From an uncultured Thermoleophilia bacterium (GTDB taxonomy: Bacteria > Actinomycetota > Thermoleophilia > Solirubrobacterales > 70-9), in contig CAWINA010000007.1 in assembly GCA_963837405.1 (NCBI GenBank), forward strand, positions 9,600 to 73,599: 64,000 bases of DNA, in the 5' to 3' direction. Below are positions 1 through 9,505 of the stretch, in pieces. Position 1 is the stretch's first letter; each line of letters starts with the position of its first letter. Position numbers and translations under genes: made by a program. The notes beneath the pieces were generated by a model. It did not search any database. It had not been told where the DNA came from and was given only the letters and a program-made list of their open reading frames with translations.

Positions 1-727
1 TGGGCCACGCGCTGCGGGCGCGGCTGGCGTCGAGCTCGGCGATGCGGACGATCGACGGGGTGCTCGGCGCGGTGCTCTCGACGACGCTCGCGCTGGGGCT
101 GGCGTGGCTGGCCGGCGCGGTGATGCTGCAGACCCCGGGGGCGCGCGATCTGCGCGCCGACATCCAGCGCTCGGCGATCCTCAAGCGCCTCAACGACGTG
201 CTGCCGCCGTCAGGGCCGCTGCTCAACGCGCTGGCGCGCTTCGACCCGTTCCCGGCGATCAACGGCCCCGACGCGCGCGTGCCCGCGCCGCCGCGCGGGA
301 CGCCGCGGGACCCCGACGTGCGCCGCGCGGCCGCAAGCGTCGTGCGCGTGACGGGACCGCCTGCGGCCTGGGCATCGAGGGCTCGGGCTGGGTGATCGCG
401 CGCGGCGTCGTCGTCACCAACGCCCACGTCGTCGCCGGCGAGGACGACACCGGGGTGCAGATCCGGGGCACCGGCGAGCGCCATCGACGCGACCGCGATC
501 GCCTTCGACGAGCGCAACGACATCGCGATCCTGCGCGGTGCCCGGGCTCGGCGACACGCCGGCGTTGAAGGTCGCCTCGGCGCGCGCAGCGGGCGCGCCG
601 GCCGCGATCCTCGGGTACCCGCGCAACGGTCCCTACGACGCCCGGCCCGCGCGCCTGGCGGCGACCGACGAGGTCATCAGCCAGGACGCCTACGGGCGCG
701 GGCCGGTGCCCCGCCAGATCCTCGCGC
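1..727 (+). pseudogene. CvpA-domain / trypsin-like serine protease (MarP-like); 5' end lies outside the window, 3 frameshifts, 3' end cut off at the rRNA junction
   Basis: The first frame gives a CvpA-like TM segment (LGAVLSTTLALGLAWLAGAV) and a linker. The protease core GTACGLGIEGSGWVIARGVVVTNAHVV and NDIAILRVPGLGDTPALKV can only be followed by changing frame near 352, 481 and 537. Homology ends at about 727, before any GNSGGP Ser motif. Confidence 0.7.
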
Positions 728-788
728 CAGCGGTGGAAGTGCAGCAATGCGCGTAGCCGACTGGTACTAATGGGTCGAGGGCTTGACG
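728..788 (+). rRNA. rrl: 23S rRNA, 3'-terminal fragment only (about 60 nt)
   Basis: ggtggaagtgcagcaatgcgcgtagccgactggtactaatgggtcgagggcttgac aligns by eye with the conserved bacterial 23S 3' end (E. coli GGTGTAAGCGCAGCGATGCGTTGAGCTAACCGGTACTAATGAACCGTGAGGCTTAAC). Sequence upstream of about 728 is protein-coding, not rRNA. Confidence 0.75.
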
Positions 789-856
789 GATGTTTATTTC
801 TTACCCAATTGCGGCCTTGTGCGGTTTTCAAGCTCCACCGAGCGTCTCGACAATCT

Positions 857-972
857 CCGGTGGCGCATAGCGAAAGGGAGACACCTCTTCCCATTCCGAA
901 CAGAGCAGTTAAGCCTTTCAGCGCCGATGGTACTTGGGGGGCAACCCCCTGGGAGAGTAGGTCGCCGCCGGT
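857..972 (+). rRNA. rrf: 5S ribosomal RNA
   Basis: Terminal helix ccggtggcg (857-865) pairs with cgccgccgg (963-971). Conserved core CCCATTCCGAAC...AGCGCCGATGGTAC...GGGAGAGTAGGTCGCCGCCGG matches the bacterial 5S consensus. It lies about 68 nt after the 23S 3' end. Confidence 0.88.
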
Positions 973-986
973 TCTTCGTACGACTT

Positions 987-1019
987 GAGCCGCCCTTAGG
1001 GGCGGCTCGTCGTCTTTCT
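987..1019. terminator. Stem-loop terminator after 5S rRNA (possibly bidirectional)
   Basis: gagccgccc-ttag-gggcggctc forms a perfect 9-bp stem followed by gtcgtctttct. It sits between the 5S gene and the convergent small ORF that ends at 1027. Confidence 0.6.
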
Positions 1020-1026
1020 GGCCCGT

Positions 1027-1296
1027 TTAGTGGGCGGCAGAGGCGCCGGCGTGGACCCGACCCCAGCTGCGGCGCGGACCGCAGGTGAGGGGGTAGAGCT
1101 CACGGAGATGTTCGCGGCGGGCGACGGCCTGGTTTGCCGAGCCGCGGACTCGCTGATCGGCTTCGCAGGAGCGCTGCTCACCGCTGTCGGCGCCCCCGAC
1201 GGGCTCGAGGCCATACTCGCCGAGGGTTGCGAAGTCGATCGCGAGGTCGACAGCGTCGGCTAGGCGGTTAGTTAGCGTTTGCTTAGAATCGAACAT
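1027..1296 (-). CDS. hypothetical protein (89 aa)
   Basis: ATG-initiated ORF with third-position GC near 80% by eye, which is genome-like. No recognisable family. Convergent with the 5S gene. Confidence 0.35.
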   Translation of the reverse strand: MFDSKQTLTNRLADAVDLAIDFATLGEYGLEPVGGADSGEQRSCEADQRVRGSANQAVARREHLRELYPLTCGPRRSWGRVHAGASAAH

Positions 1297-1530
1297 GGGT
1301 TCGTACGGTACGCCGGCCCTCGGACGGCTTGTCGGTTTTGCAAGCGGTGTTGCATCGCCAGGCCGCGGATGGCTTTCTAGAGCGATGTTAGCGCAGCCTG
1401 GGAGCGGGCATGCCGCGTCGCTACTGGCGACAGCAGCGACGCGAACCCCAGAAGCGCGAGTTATTAAGGCGTCCCTATAGAGCCTTCGACGCAGCCGGTG
1501 GGCTGCAGCCCTAATCGCCTTGTGTGATGG

Positions 1531-1560
1531 ATCTTACGCAAGGCGCGGTCATTTTTGCAA
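1531..1560 (-). promoter_or_regulatory. candidate sigma70-type promoter (TTGCAA-N18-TAAGAT on the minus strand)
   Basis: The minus strand reads ttgcaa aaatgaccgcgccttgcg taagat. This would give a leader of about 228 nt ahead of the ATG at 1296. Confidence 0.3.
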
Positions 1561-1572
1561 CCAAAGCGCGGC

Positions 1573-2496
1573 CTATTTTGCGAAGTTCAGCACGAGGGCG
1601 GCGCTAAGAGCGGGTTTCTCGACGTTCGGGGAGTGTCCGGCGCCGGCGATCAGGTGCGTCTCGGCGCCGGGGACGGAGCGTTTGTACTGGGCGAGGGCGC
1701 GTTGTGGGTCGTCGACCACCTGCTCCTCGGCGCCCATCAGCACCATCAGCGGCTTGCCGGTCGCCTGGAGTCGTTTGTCGAGCGACTCTTCCTGGAGGAA
1801 ATCCTCGGTATGTGACGGCGATTCGTCGTAGGCCGTGTAGGTGAGCCGGTTGACGTCGTCGACGAAGGCGTCAGGTACCTCGAAGCCCGGCGCGAAGGCA
1901 ACCTCGAGTCCCTGGCGAACCGAGAAGTCGGGCTTGATCGTCCACAGCGCCTCGCCGAGCACCGGCTGGAAGGCGAGGCCCGCGAGGAAGCCGAGATCGC
2001 CGTAGGTGTCGTCGGGGGGCATGTCGACGATCGCCACCCGGTCGACCAGCTCGGGCGCGGATTCGGCCAGGGCGACGGTGACCGCGCCGCCCAGGGAGTG
2101 GCCGACCACCTCCGCGTCGCTGACCCCGAGCTCGCGCAGCGCTTCCGCGACCAGGCTCGCCTGCGCGGGCACGGCGTATCCCGAGCCGGGCTTTTCCGAG
2201 CCGCCATGCCCGCGCAGGTCGATAGCGACGACCCGGTGCTCGCGTTCGAGCGCCGGGCGCATCCCGTCCCAGTAGTCGATCGCGCAGCTGAAGCAGTGGA
2301 TGAGGACGATCGGGCTGCCGTCGCGGGGCCCGCCTTCGACCACTTGGGCCTTGCCGCCGGGCAGATCGAGGATCCGGCCGCCGGGCACGGTGAGCTCGGC
2401 CGAATCGGTATCTCCGTCGACCAGGAGGGTGTTGATCGCGAGCAGCGAAATCAGCACCACGACAACCCCCAAGGCGATCTTCCAGCCTCTCCCCAT
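1573..2496 (-). CDS. alpha/beta hydrolase, membrane-anchored
   Basis: 307-aa ORF with an N-terminal TM helix, the nucleophile elbow VGHSLGG, and a C-terminal AGHSPN His motif. Confidence 0.85.
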   Translation of the reverse strand: MGRGWKIALGVVVVLISLLAINTLLVDGDTDSAELTVPGGRILDLPGGKAQVVEGGPRDGSPIVLIHCFSCAIDYWDGMRPALEREHRVVAIDLRGHGGSEKPGSGYAVPAQASLVAEALRELGVSDAEVVGHSLGGAVTVALAESAPELVDRVAIVDMPPDDTYGDLGFLAGLAFQPVLGEALWTIKPDFSVRQGLEVAFAPGFEVPDAFVDDVNRLTYTAYDESPSHTEDFLQEESLDKRLQATGKPLMVLMGAEEQVVDDPQRALAQYKRSVPGAETHLIAGAGHSPNVEKPALSAALVLNFAK

Positions 2497-2521
2497 GCCG
2501 CTCGTTACCCTAGCTCAGCCG

Positions 2522-3817
2522 ATGCAGAAATTCGTAATTCAAGGTGGTTCGCCGCTCTCGGGCGAGCTCACAGTCGCCGGCAACAAGAACGCGGCGCTGC
2601 CGATCCTCGCCGCCTGCCTGCTTACCGAGGAGGAGCTGCTGCTCCACCGGGTGCCGCGGATCCGCGACACCGAGGCCCAGATCGGGCTGCTCGAACGGCT
2701 TGGGGTCGATGCCGAGTGGGTCGGCGACAACAGCGTCAGGCTCTGCGCCGCAAACGTCTCCGACCCCTCGGTCGACGAGGAACTCTCGGGCAAGATCCGC
2801 GCCTCCTTCCTGGTCGCCGGGCCGCTCCTGGCCCGATTCGGCGAGGCCCACGTGCCGCCGCCCGGCGGCGACTTCATCGGTCGCCGCCGCCTCGACGCCC
2901 ACCTCGACGCCTTCAGGGACCTCGGTGCCGTGGTCGAAGGCGACCGCTGGATCGAGCTGACCGCGCCCGGCGGGCTCTGCGCCTGTGACATCTTCATGGA
3001 CGAGCCCTCGGTGATGGGGACCGAGAACGCGCTGATGGCGGCCGCGCTGACCCCCGGCGCGACGCGGATCTCCAACGCCGCCTCCGAGCCCCACGTCCAG
3101 GACCTAGCGCGGCTGCTGACCAAGATGGGCGCCCGCGTCGACGGAATCGGCTCCAACGTGATGATCGTCAACGGCTCCGACAAACTCGGTGGCGCCGAGC
3201 ACACGATCACCCCCGACCACATCGAGGTCGGCAGCTTCATGGCGCTGGCCGCGGCGACCGGGGGGGAGCTGCGGATCCGCGACGTCGAGCCCGGCGACCT
3301 GGTGATGACCCGGCGCCAGTTCCGCCGCCTCGGCCTGCGCTCGGAGATCGAGGGCAAGGACGTGATCGTGCCACCCGAGCAGCGGCTCGAAGTCCAGGCC
3401 GACCTCGGGGACGCGATCCCGAAGATCGAGGACGGCCCCTGGCCGGCTTTCCCCGCCGACCTCACTTCGATCGCCCTGGCCCTCGCGACCCAGGCCAAAG
3501 GCGAGATCCTGATCTTCGAGAAGATGTTCGAGAACCGGCTCTTCTTCGTCGACAAGCTGGTCGCGATGGGCGCTCGGATCACGCTGTGCGATCCCCACAG
3601 GGCGATCGTCAGCGGTCCGAGCCGGCTTCACGGCGAGCGCGTCGAGAGCCCCGACATCCGCGCCGGGATGGCGATGCTTATCGCCGCCCTGGCGGCCGAC
3701 GGCAGCTCGGAGATCGGCAACATCCGCCAGATCGACCGGGGCTATGAGCAGATCGACGAGCGTCTGCGCGCGCTCGGGGCGCAGATCGAACGCGTTTCTG
3801 CCGAGGTTCCCGCCTAG
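2522..3817 (+). CDS. murA: UDP-N-acetylglucosamine 1-carboxyvinyltransferase
   Basis: MQKFVIQGGSPLSGELTVAGNKNAALPILAA N-terminus and full-length EPT fold (431 aa). The catalytic-loop residue 117 is Asp (GGDFIGRRRLD). Confidence 0.95.
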   Translation: MQKFVIQGGSPLSGELTVAGNKNAALPILAACLLTEEELLLHRVPRIRDTEAQIGLLERLGVDAEWVGDNSVRLCAANVSDPSVDEELSGKIRASFLVAGPLLARFGEAHVPPPGGDFIGRRRLDAHLDAFRDLGAVVEGDRWIELTAPGGLCACDIFMDEPSVMGTENALMAAALTPGATRISNAASEPHVQDLARLLTKMGARVDGIGSNVMIVNGSDKLGGAEHTITPDHIEVGSFMALAAATGGELRIRDVEPGDLVMTRRQFRRLGLRSEIEGKDVIVPPEQRLEVQADLGDAIPKIEDGPWPAFPADLTSIALALATQAKGEILIFEKMFENRLFFVDKLVAMGARITLCDPHRAIVSGPSRLHGERVESPDIRAGMAMLIAALAADGSSEIGNIRQIDRGYEQIDERLRALGAQIERVSAEVPA

Positions 3818-3853
3818 CGCTGCGCGCCGCGGTTCTCTCGTAAGGTCAGTCCG

Positions 3854-4843
3854 ATGATCCACCCGATCCCGCCTGGAAGCCGCGATGTGCTGCCCGATGA
3901 GATGCGCGAGCTGCGCCGGCTGAGCCGTGCGCTGATCGAGGTCTTCGAGGAGCGCGGCTACGGCGAGGTGGCGACGCCGGCGATCGAGTACGACGAGGTC
4001 TTGAGCCGCGGCGAGGGCCGCGGCGCGTCCAGCGCTTACCGTTTCTTCGACGAGAACGGTGAGCTGTTGGCGCTGCGCTCCGACATGACCGTGCCGATCG
4101 CCCGCCTCGCGGCCAGCCGCTTCGCCGACTCCGAGCCGCCGCTGCGGCTCTGCTATCTGGCCAGTCTCTACCGCGCGGTGCGTCCGCAACGGGGGCAGAT
4201 GCGCGAGTTCGTCCAGGCCGGGGTCGAGCTGATCGGCGCCCCGGCGCCCGAGGGGACGGTTGAGGTGATCGAGGTGCTGGAGGCAGCGCTCGACGCCGCC
4301 GGGCTCGACCGGGCGGTGATCGGGCTCGGCGACGCCGACCTTTACCGCCAGCTGCTTACCGAGTTCGGGATCGAGCCCGAGGCCCGCGACTCGCTGTTGG
4401 CGCGGCTCGCTGCGCACGACATCGTCGGCCTCGAGGAGGAGCTGGCGGCGCTGCCGATCGGCGACGAGCAGACCGCCACTTGCCTAGCGCTCTCGCAGCT
4501 GCGCGGCGGCAGCGAGGTCCTGGAGGAGGCGCGGGGACTCGGAGGCGAGGCGGTCCAGCGGGCGACCGCGCAGCTGCAGGCGACCTACGAGGGGCTGGCC
4601 GAGCGCGGCGCCGCCGACCGGGTCCAGATCGACCTCGGCCTGCTGCGCGACCTCGGCTACTACAGCGGCGCGATCCTCGAGGTCTACGACCCGGCGCTCG
4701 GCCACGTGCTCGGCGGCGGTGGGCGTTACGACGGCTTGATGAAGCGGTTCGGCCTCGACCTGCCGGCGGCCGGCTTCGCCCTCTACCTGGAGCGGGTCCA
4801 CGTTGCCCAGATGGAGGAGTCGCGACGGGGGAAAGACTCGTGA
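3854..4843 (+). CDS. hisZ: ATP phosphoribosyltransferase regulatory subunit
   Basis: HisRS-like catalytic core without an anticodon domain (329 aa). It lies directly upstream of a short-form hisG and overlaps it. Confidence 0.9.
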   Translation: MIHPIPPGSRDVLPDEMRELRRLSRALIEVFEERGYGEVATPAIEYDEVLSRGEGRGASSAYRFFDENGELLALRSDMTVPIARLAASRFADSEPPLRLCYLASLYRAVRPQRGQMREFVQAGVELIGAPAPEGTVEVIEVLEAALDAAGLDRAVIGLGDADLYRQLLTEFGIEPEARDSLLARLAAHDIVGLEEELAALPIGDEQTATCLALSQLRGGSEVLEEARGLGGEAVQRATAQLQATYEGLAERGAADRVQIDLGLLRDLGYYSGAILEVYDPALGHVLGGGGRYDGLMKRFGLDLPAAGFALYLERVHVAQMEESRRGKDS

Positions 4844-5514
4844 GCTCCTTCGCGGGAAGCCGGGCCAGACCCGAGGGGCCGCTGAAGCTGGCGGTGCCTC
4901 GCGGCGCCCTGTTCGGGGAAACGCTCGACCTGCTCGACGGCGCTGGGATCGACACCCGCGAGCTGCGCGGCGACTCGCGCGCGCTGATCTTCGAGACCGA
5001 GGGGCTGACGCTGGTCACGATGCGCCCCTCCGACGTCCCGACCTACGTCGAGGCGGGCGCCGCCGACGTCGGCATCACCGGCAAGGACGTCCTGCTGGAG
5101 CAGGTCGACCGCACCGTCTACGAGCTGCTCGATCTCGGCTACGGCCGCTGTCGCATGGTCCTCGCGGGGCGGACCGGCGAGGACCGGCTAGGCGAGGCCC
5201 AGCGGCGGCTCGGGATGATGCGGATCGCGACCAAGTACCCGCGCACCGCCGAGCGCCACTTCGAGTCGACCGGGCGCCAGGTCGAAGTGATCGAGGTCAA
5301 GGGCTCGGTCGAGCTGGCGCCGCTGATCGGCCTCGGCGACGGGATCGTCGACCTAGTCGCGACCGGCCGCACGCTCGAGGAGAACGACCTCGAGGTGCGC
5401 GAGGAGATCGTCGTCTGCACCGCGCGCTTCGTCGCCAACCGCGTCGCCCACAAGCTGCGCGCCGCCGAGGTCGACGACCTGACCACACGGCTGCGGAAGG
5501 CGAGCGGGGGATGA
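4840..5514 (+). CDS. hisG: ATP phosphoribosyltransferase, short form
   Basis: GTG at 4840 overlaps the hisZ stop (GTGA). LKLAVPRGALFGETLDLL...RIATKYPRTAERHF...ELAPLIGLGDGIVDLVATGRTL, 224 aa (HisG-S length). Confidence 0.9.
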   Translation: MSSFAGSRARPEGPLKLAVPRGALFGETLDLLDGAGIDTRELRGDSRALIFETEGLTLVTMRPSDVPTYVEAGAADVGITGKDVLLEQVDRTVYELLDLGYGRCRMVLAGRTGEDRLGEAQRRLGMMRIATKYPRTAERHFESTGRQVEVIEVKGSVELAPLIGLGDGIVDLVATGRTLEENDLEVREEIVVCTARFVANRVAHKLRAAEVDDLTTRLRKASGG

Positions 5515-6779
5515 GGGCGCGGCGCTTCGCCTGGAGTGAGGCCCAGGTCGTCGCTGACGAGATCCGCCTCTGGGCGTCGGAGCTGGGCGAGCCGGTCGAC
5601 GTCGCCCCGATCGGCGCCGCCGTGCTCGAGCGCGGCGACGCCGCCGTGCTCGAGCTGACCAACCGCTTCGACGCCACCGAGTCACCGCTCGACTCGACCG
5701 CCGTCGATCTCGAACTAGCCGCCGCCGCACTGGACGGCCTGGAGCCGGAGATGCGCGAGGCGCTGGAGCTGGCCGCCGCCAACGTGCGGACCGTCGCCAA
5801 GGCGCAGCTCGCTCCCCCGACGCCGGTCGAGCTGCCCCAGGGGCAGACGGTGACCGTGCGCGAAGTCCCGGTCGGCGCCGCCGGCATTTACGCGCCGGGT
5901 GGGCGCGCCGCTTACCCCTCGAGCGTGTTGATGTGCGCAATCCCCGCCCGCGCTGCCGGGGTCGGACGGGTCGCGCTGGCCTCGCCGCCCGGCGCCGACG
6001 GCAAGCTGCACCCGCTGGTGCTCGCCGCGGCCGCGCTCTGCGAGGTCGACGAGATCCACGCGATCGGCGGCGCCCAGGCGATCTTCGCGCTCGCCTACGG
6101 GACCGAGACGATCGCCGCGGTCGATGTGATCGCCGGGCCAGGCAACGCCTGGGTGCGCGAGGCCAAGCGCGCCGTCTACGGCTCGGTCGGGATCGACTCG
6201 CTGGCCGGGCCCTCGGAGCTGATGCTGATCGCCGGCCACGACGCCGACCCCGAGTGGGCGGCGCTGGACCTTTGCGCGCAGGCCGAGCACGGGGCCGAGA
6301 GCCCGCTGGTCGTGGTCGCCGTCGAGGAACACGTCCTCGAGGCGATCGCCGCCGCGGCCGAGAACGCCGCGGCCGCCCGGCCGAGCGTCGCCGACGCGCC
6401 GCTGGCGCTGGTCCAGGTCCCCGAGGTCGAGGCGGCGATCGCGCTCGCCAACGCCTACGCGCCCGAGCACCTCGAGCTCGACGAGGAGGACGCGGCGCTG
6501 ATGGCCGAGCGCGTGATCACCGCCGGCTGCGTCTTCGTCGGCCGCTACGGCGCGACCGCCTTCGGCGACTACGTCGCCGGCTCCAACCACGTGCTGCCAA
6601 CCGGCGGCGCCGGTCGCTTCTCGGGCCCGCTCGGCCCAGCTGCTTTCCGCCGTCGCATCTCCAGTGTCGACCTCGACGCCGGCGCCGCCGCGGCGCTGGC
6701 CCCGCACGCGAACGTGCTCGCCACCGCGGAGGGCTTCCCGGTCCACGGCGAGTCAGCGATGATTAGGAGCAGATCATGA
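5511..6779 (+). CDS. hisD: histidinol dehydrogenase
   Basis: ATGA overlap with hisG. Motifs [32 protein letters not shown] and NHVLPT. Confidence 0.95.
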   Translation: MRARRFAWSEAQVVADEIRLWASELGEPVDVAPIGAAVLERGDAAVLELTNRFDATESPLDSTAVDLELAAAALDGLEPEMREALELAAANVRTVAKAQLAPPTPVELPQGQTVTVREVPVGAAGIYAPGGRAAYPSSVLMCAIPARAAGVGRVALASPPGADGKLHPLVLAAAALCEVDEIHAIGGAQAIFALAYGTETIAAVDVIAGPGNAWVREAKRAVYGSVGIDSLAGPSELMLIAGHDADPEWAALDLCAQAEHGAESPLVVVAVEEHVLEAIAAAAENAAAARPSVADAPLALVQVPEVEAAIALANAYAPEHLELDEEDAALMAERVITAGCVFVGRYGATAFGDYVAGSNHVLPTGGAGRFSGPLGPAAFRRRISSVDLDAGAAAALAPHANVLATAEGFPVHGESAMIRSRS

Positions 6780-7365
6780 GCCGCAGCGCGAACAAGGCCC
6801 GACAGACCGGCGAGACCCAGGTCAAGCTTTCGCTCGATCTCGACGGCGGCGAGTACAGCTCCGCCACCGGGGTCGGCTTCCTCGACCACATGCTCGACCT
6901 GCTGGCCCGCCACGGCCGGCTCGGGCTGGTGGTCGAGGCGACGGAGACCTCGAGACCGGGGCCCACCACACGGTCGAGGACGTCGGCATCGTGCTCGGGC
7001 AGGCGCTCGACGAGGCGCTCGGCGACCGCGCCGGGATTCGGCGCTACGGCTCGGCCCTGGTGCCGATGGACGAGGCCCTGGCCGAGTGTGCGATCGACAT
7101 CTCCGGCCGTCCTTACGTCGCTTTCGACGCCGACCTGCCGACCACCTCGATCGCCGGCTTCGACACCGAGCTCGCCGAGGAGTTCTTCCGCGCCGTCGCC
7201 AACAGCTCCAAGCTGACCCTGCACCTCTGGGTGCGTTCGGGGACCAACGCCCACCACATGGTCGAGGCGAGCTTCAAGGCCTTCGCCCGCGCCCTGCGGG
7301 TGGCGGTCTCGATCGACCCCGAGGAGGACGGCGTCCCCTCGACCAAGGGGACGCTGAATGAGTAG
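6776..7365 (+). pseudogene. hisB: imidazoleglycerol-phosphate dehydratase with one frameshift near 6944 (probably a lost G in a G-run)
   Basis: ORFs 6776..7216 and 6991..7365 together give [45 protein letters not shown]...HHMVEASFKAFARAL only if one base is restored at acgg-gagac. Confidence 0.85.
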
Positions 7366-7371
7366 CGCCCA

Positions 7372-8001
7372 ATGAGTAGCGCCCGGATCGCGATCCTCGA
7401 CTACGGGATGGGCAACCTGCGCTCGGTCGAGAAGGCGCTGGAGCACGTCGGCGCGACCGCGAAGATCACCTACGACCCGGCCGAGGCGCGCGCCGCCGAC
7501 GGCCTGATCCTGCCCGGGGTCGGCGCCTTCCCGAGGGCGATGGAGCGGATCCGCGAGCGCGGGCTCGACGAGCTGATCGAGGAGCGGCGCGCCGGCGGGA
7601 TCCCGATCCTTGGGATCTGCCTCGGCCTGCAACTGCTCTTCGACTCGACCACGGAGCTGGGCGGTGGCGCCGGCCTCGGCCTGCTCTCCGGCCCCACGGC
7701 CGAGCTCCAGGCTGATGGGCTCAAGGTCCCGCACATTGGCTGGTCGCCGGTCCGCTGGGAACGCGAGTCGCGGCTGACCGAGGGGATCGAGACCGAGACC
7801 CCGTTCTATTTCGTCCACTCCTTCGCGCCTGCGCCGAGCGCCGACGAGCTGCTGGGGACCGCCGCCTACGGGGCGCGGTTCGCCTGCGCGGCCGAGCGCG
7901 ACAACGTCTTCGGCGTCCAGTTCCACCCGGAGAAGTCGAGCGCCGCGGGCCTGCGGCTGCTCGCCAACTTCGCCGGCGTCTGCGCCACCGTGCCGGCGTG
8001 A
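7372..8001 (+). CDS. hisH: imidazole glycerol phosphate synthase, glutaminase subunit
   Basis: 209 aa with GICLGLQLL (Cys nucleophile) and the FVHSF and QFHPEKS motifs. Confidence 0.95.
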   Translation: MSSARIAILDYGMGNLRSVEKALEHVGATAKITYDPAEARAADGLILPGVGAFPRAMERIRERGLDELIEERRAGGIPILGICLGLQLLFDSTTELGGGAGLGLLSGPTAELQADGLKVPHIGWSPVRWERESRLTEGIETETPFYFVHSFAPAPSADELLGTAAYGARFACAAERDNVFGVQFHPEKSSAAGLRLLANFAGVCATVPA

Positions 8002-8723
8002 TTCTCTATCCCGCGATCGATATCCGCGGCGGCAAGGCGGTGCGGCTGCTGCAGGGCGACTACGCGCGGGAGACGGTGTACGACGCCGACCCGGTGGGCG
8101 CGGCGCGGCGCTGGATCGACGAAGGGGCGGAGTTCCTACACGTGGTCGATCTCGACGGGGCGAAAGCGGGAGAGCCGCGGAACCTCAAAGCGATCGCGGG
8201 CATCGCCGCGCTCGGCTGCCCGATCCAGGTTGGCGGCGGACTGCGCGGGCGCGAGGCGGTTGCGGCGGTGCTGGATTCCGGGGTCGAGCGGGTGGTGATC
8301 GGGACCGCGGCGCTGCGCGACCCGGAGTTCCTCGACGCGGTCGTGGCGGAGTACGGGGGGCGGGTGGTGGTCTCCGTGGACGCGAGGGGCGGCAAGGTCT
8401 CGCTCAGCGGCTGGACGGAGGCCACGGATCAGGACGTGGAGGAGACGGTGAAGGGGCTGGGTGAGAGGGGTGTGACGCGGTTCCTCTGCACCGAGATCGA
8501 CGTCGACGGAACGATGGAGGGTCCGGCGGTGGGCGAGCTGCGGCGGATCGCCGCCGGGACGGGCGCCCAGGTGATCGCCAGCGGCGGCGTTGGCACACTC
8601 AGCGACCTCGAAGCGCTGGCCCAGCTCGGCGCCGACGTGCCGAACGTCGAAGGCGCGATCGTCGGCCGCGCCCTCTACGAGCGCAAGTTCACCGTCGCCG
8701 AGGGCATCGCCGCCCTAATCTGA
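7998..8723 (+). CDS. hisA: ProFAR isomerase (HisA; PriA-type bifunctionality not assessable)
   Basis: Overlaps the hisH stop. [23 protein letters not shown] and GGVGTLSDL are typical of a HisA TIM barrel. Confidence 0.9.
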   Translation: MILYPAIDIRGGKAVRLLQGDYARETVYDADPVGAARRWIDEGAEFLHVVDLDGAKAGEPRNLKAIAGIAALGCPIQVGGGLRGREAVAAVLDSGVERVVIGTAALRDPEFLDAVVAEYGGRVVVSVDARGGKVSLSGWTEATDQDVEETVKGLGERGVTRFLCTEIDVDGTMEGPAVGELRRIAAGTGAQVIASGGVGTLSDLEALAQLGADVPNVEGAIVGRALYERKFTVAEGIAALI

Positions 8724-8728
8724 AGGCC

Positions 8729-9487
8729 ATGGTTCTCAAGCGCGTGATCCCCTGCCTCGACGTCGATTCGGGGCGCGTCGTCAAGGGGACGAACTTCGTC
8801 GGGCTCCGCGATGCGGGCGATCCCGTCGAGCTGGCCGAGCGCTACGACGCCGAGGGGGCCGACGAGCTGGTCTTCCTCGACATCACCGCCTCGCACGAAA
8901 AGCGCGAGACGATCGTCGAGCTGGCGCGGCGGACCGCCGACAACGTCTTCATCCCGTTCACGATCGGCGGCGGCATCCGCTCGGTCGAGGACGCGCAGGC
9001 TGTGCTCGACGCCGGTGCCGACAAGGTCTCGGTCAACTCCTCGGCGCTGGCGCGGCCGGAGTTGCTGGAGGAGCTGGCGGCCCAGTTCGGCGCCCAGTGC
9101 GTGGTGATCGCGATCGACGCCAAGGCCGAGGATGGGGGCTGGGGCGTCTACGTCAACGGCGGCCGGGTTCGGGTCGAGGGGCGCGACGCAGTCTCCTGGG
9201 CCGCGGAGGCGGTGCGACGCGGGGCGGGGGAGGTGCTGCTGACCAGCATGGATCGCGACGGCACCAACGACGGCTACGACCTGGCTCTGACCAGAGCTGT
9301 TGCCGAGGCGGTCCCGGTGCCGGTGATCGCGTCGGGCGGCGCGGGCGAGCTCTCGCACCTGAGCGAGGCGATCACCGACGGCGGCGCCGACGCGGTGCTC
9401 TGCGCCTCGATCTTCCACTACGGCCACTACCGCGTCCGCGAAGCGAAGGAGCGCTTGGCGGCCGACGGCATCCCGGTCCGCCTTTAG
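8729..9487 (+). CDS. hisF: imidazole glycerol phosphate synthase, cyclase subunit
   Basis: [37 protein letters not shown] and IASGGAG motifs; 252 aa. Confidence 0.95.
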   Translation: MVLKRVIPCLDVDSGRVVKGTNFVGLRDAGDPVELAERYDAEGADELVFLDITASHEKRETIVELARRTADNVFIPFTIGGGIRSVEDAQAVLDAGADKVSVNSSALARPELLEELAAQFGAQCVVIAIDAKAEDGGWGVYVNGGRVRVEGRDAVSWAAEAVRRGAGEVLLTSMDRDGTNDGYDLALTRAVAEAVPVPVIASGGAGELSHLSEAITDGGADAVLCASIFHYGHYRVREAKERLAADGIPVRL

Positions 9488-9505
9488 TAGGGCTAGCCTG
9501 CCGGC

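Noticed and set aside
1270-1500. Possible tRNA or tmRNA, suggested by a T-loop-like gttcgattc (minus strand near 1285) and a short ORF-like stretch ending in TAA/TAG
   Set aside because: No 5-bp T-stem flanks the loop. There is no acceptor stem or CCA-proximal pairing, no GGGG... tmRNA 5' end, and the candidate tag reading frames do not end in the usual ...LAA-type sequence.
3104-4417. Long antisense or alternative-frame ORFs: 3104..4417(-), 2539..3582(-), 18778..20208(-), 25080..26762(-), 22369..23643(-), 52431..54326(+), 58811..60718(+) and 56796..58382(-) upstream of 57161
   Set aside because: They overlap strongly supported genes on the other strand or frame. Their products are Arg/Ala/Gly/Pro-rich with no motifs. 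They are the expected stop-codon-poor shadows in about 70% GC DNA.
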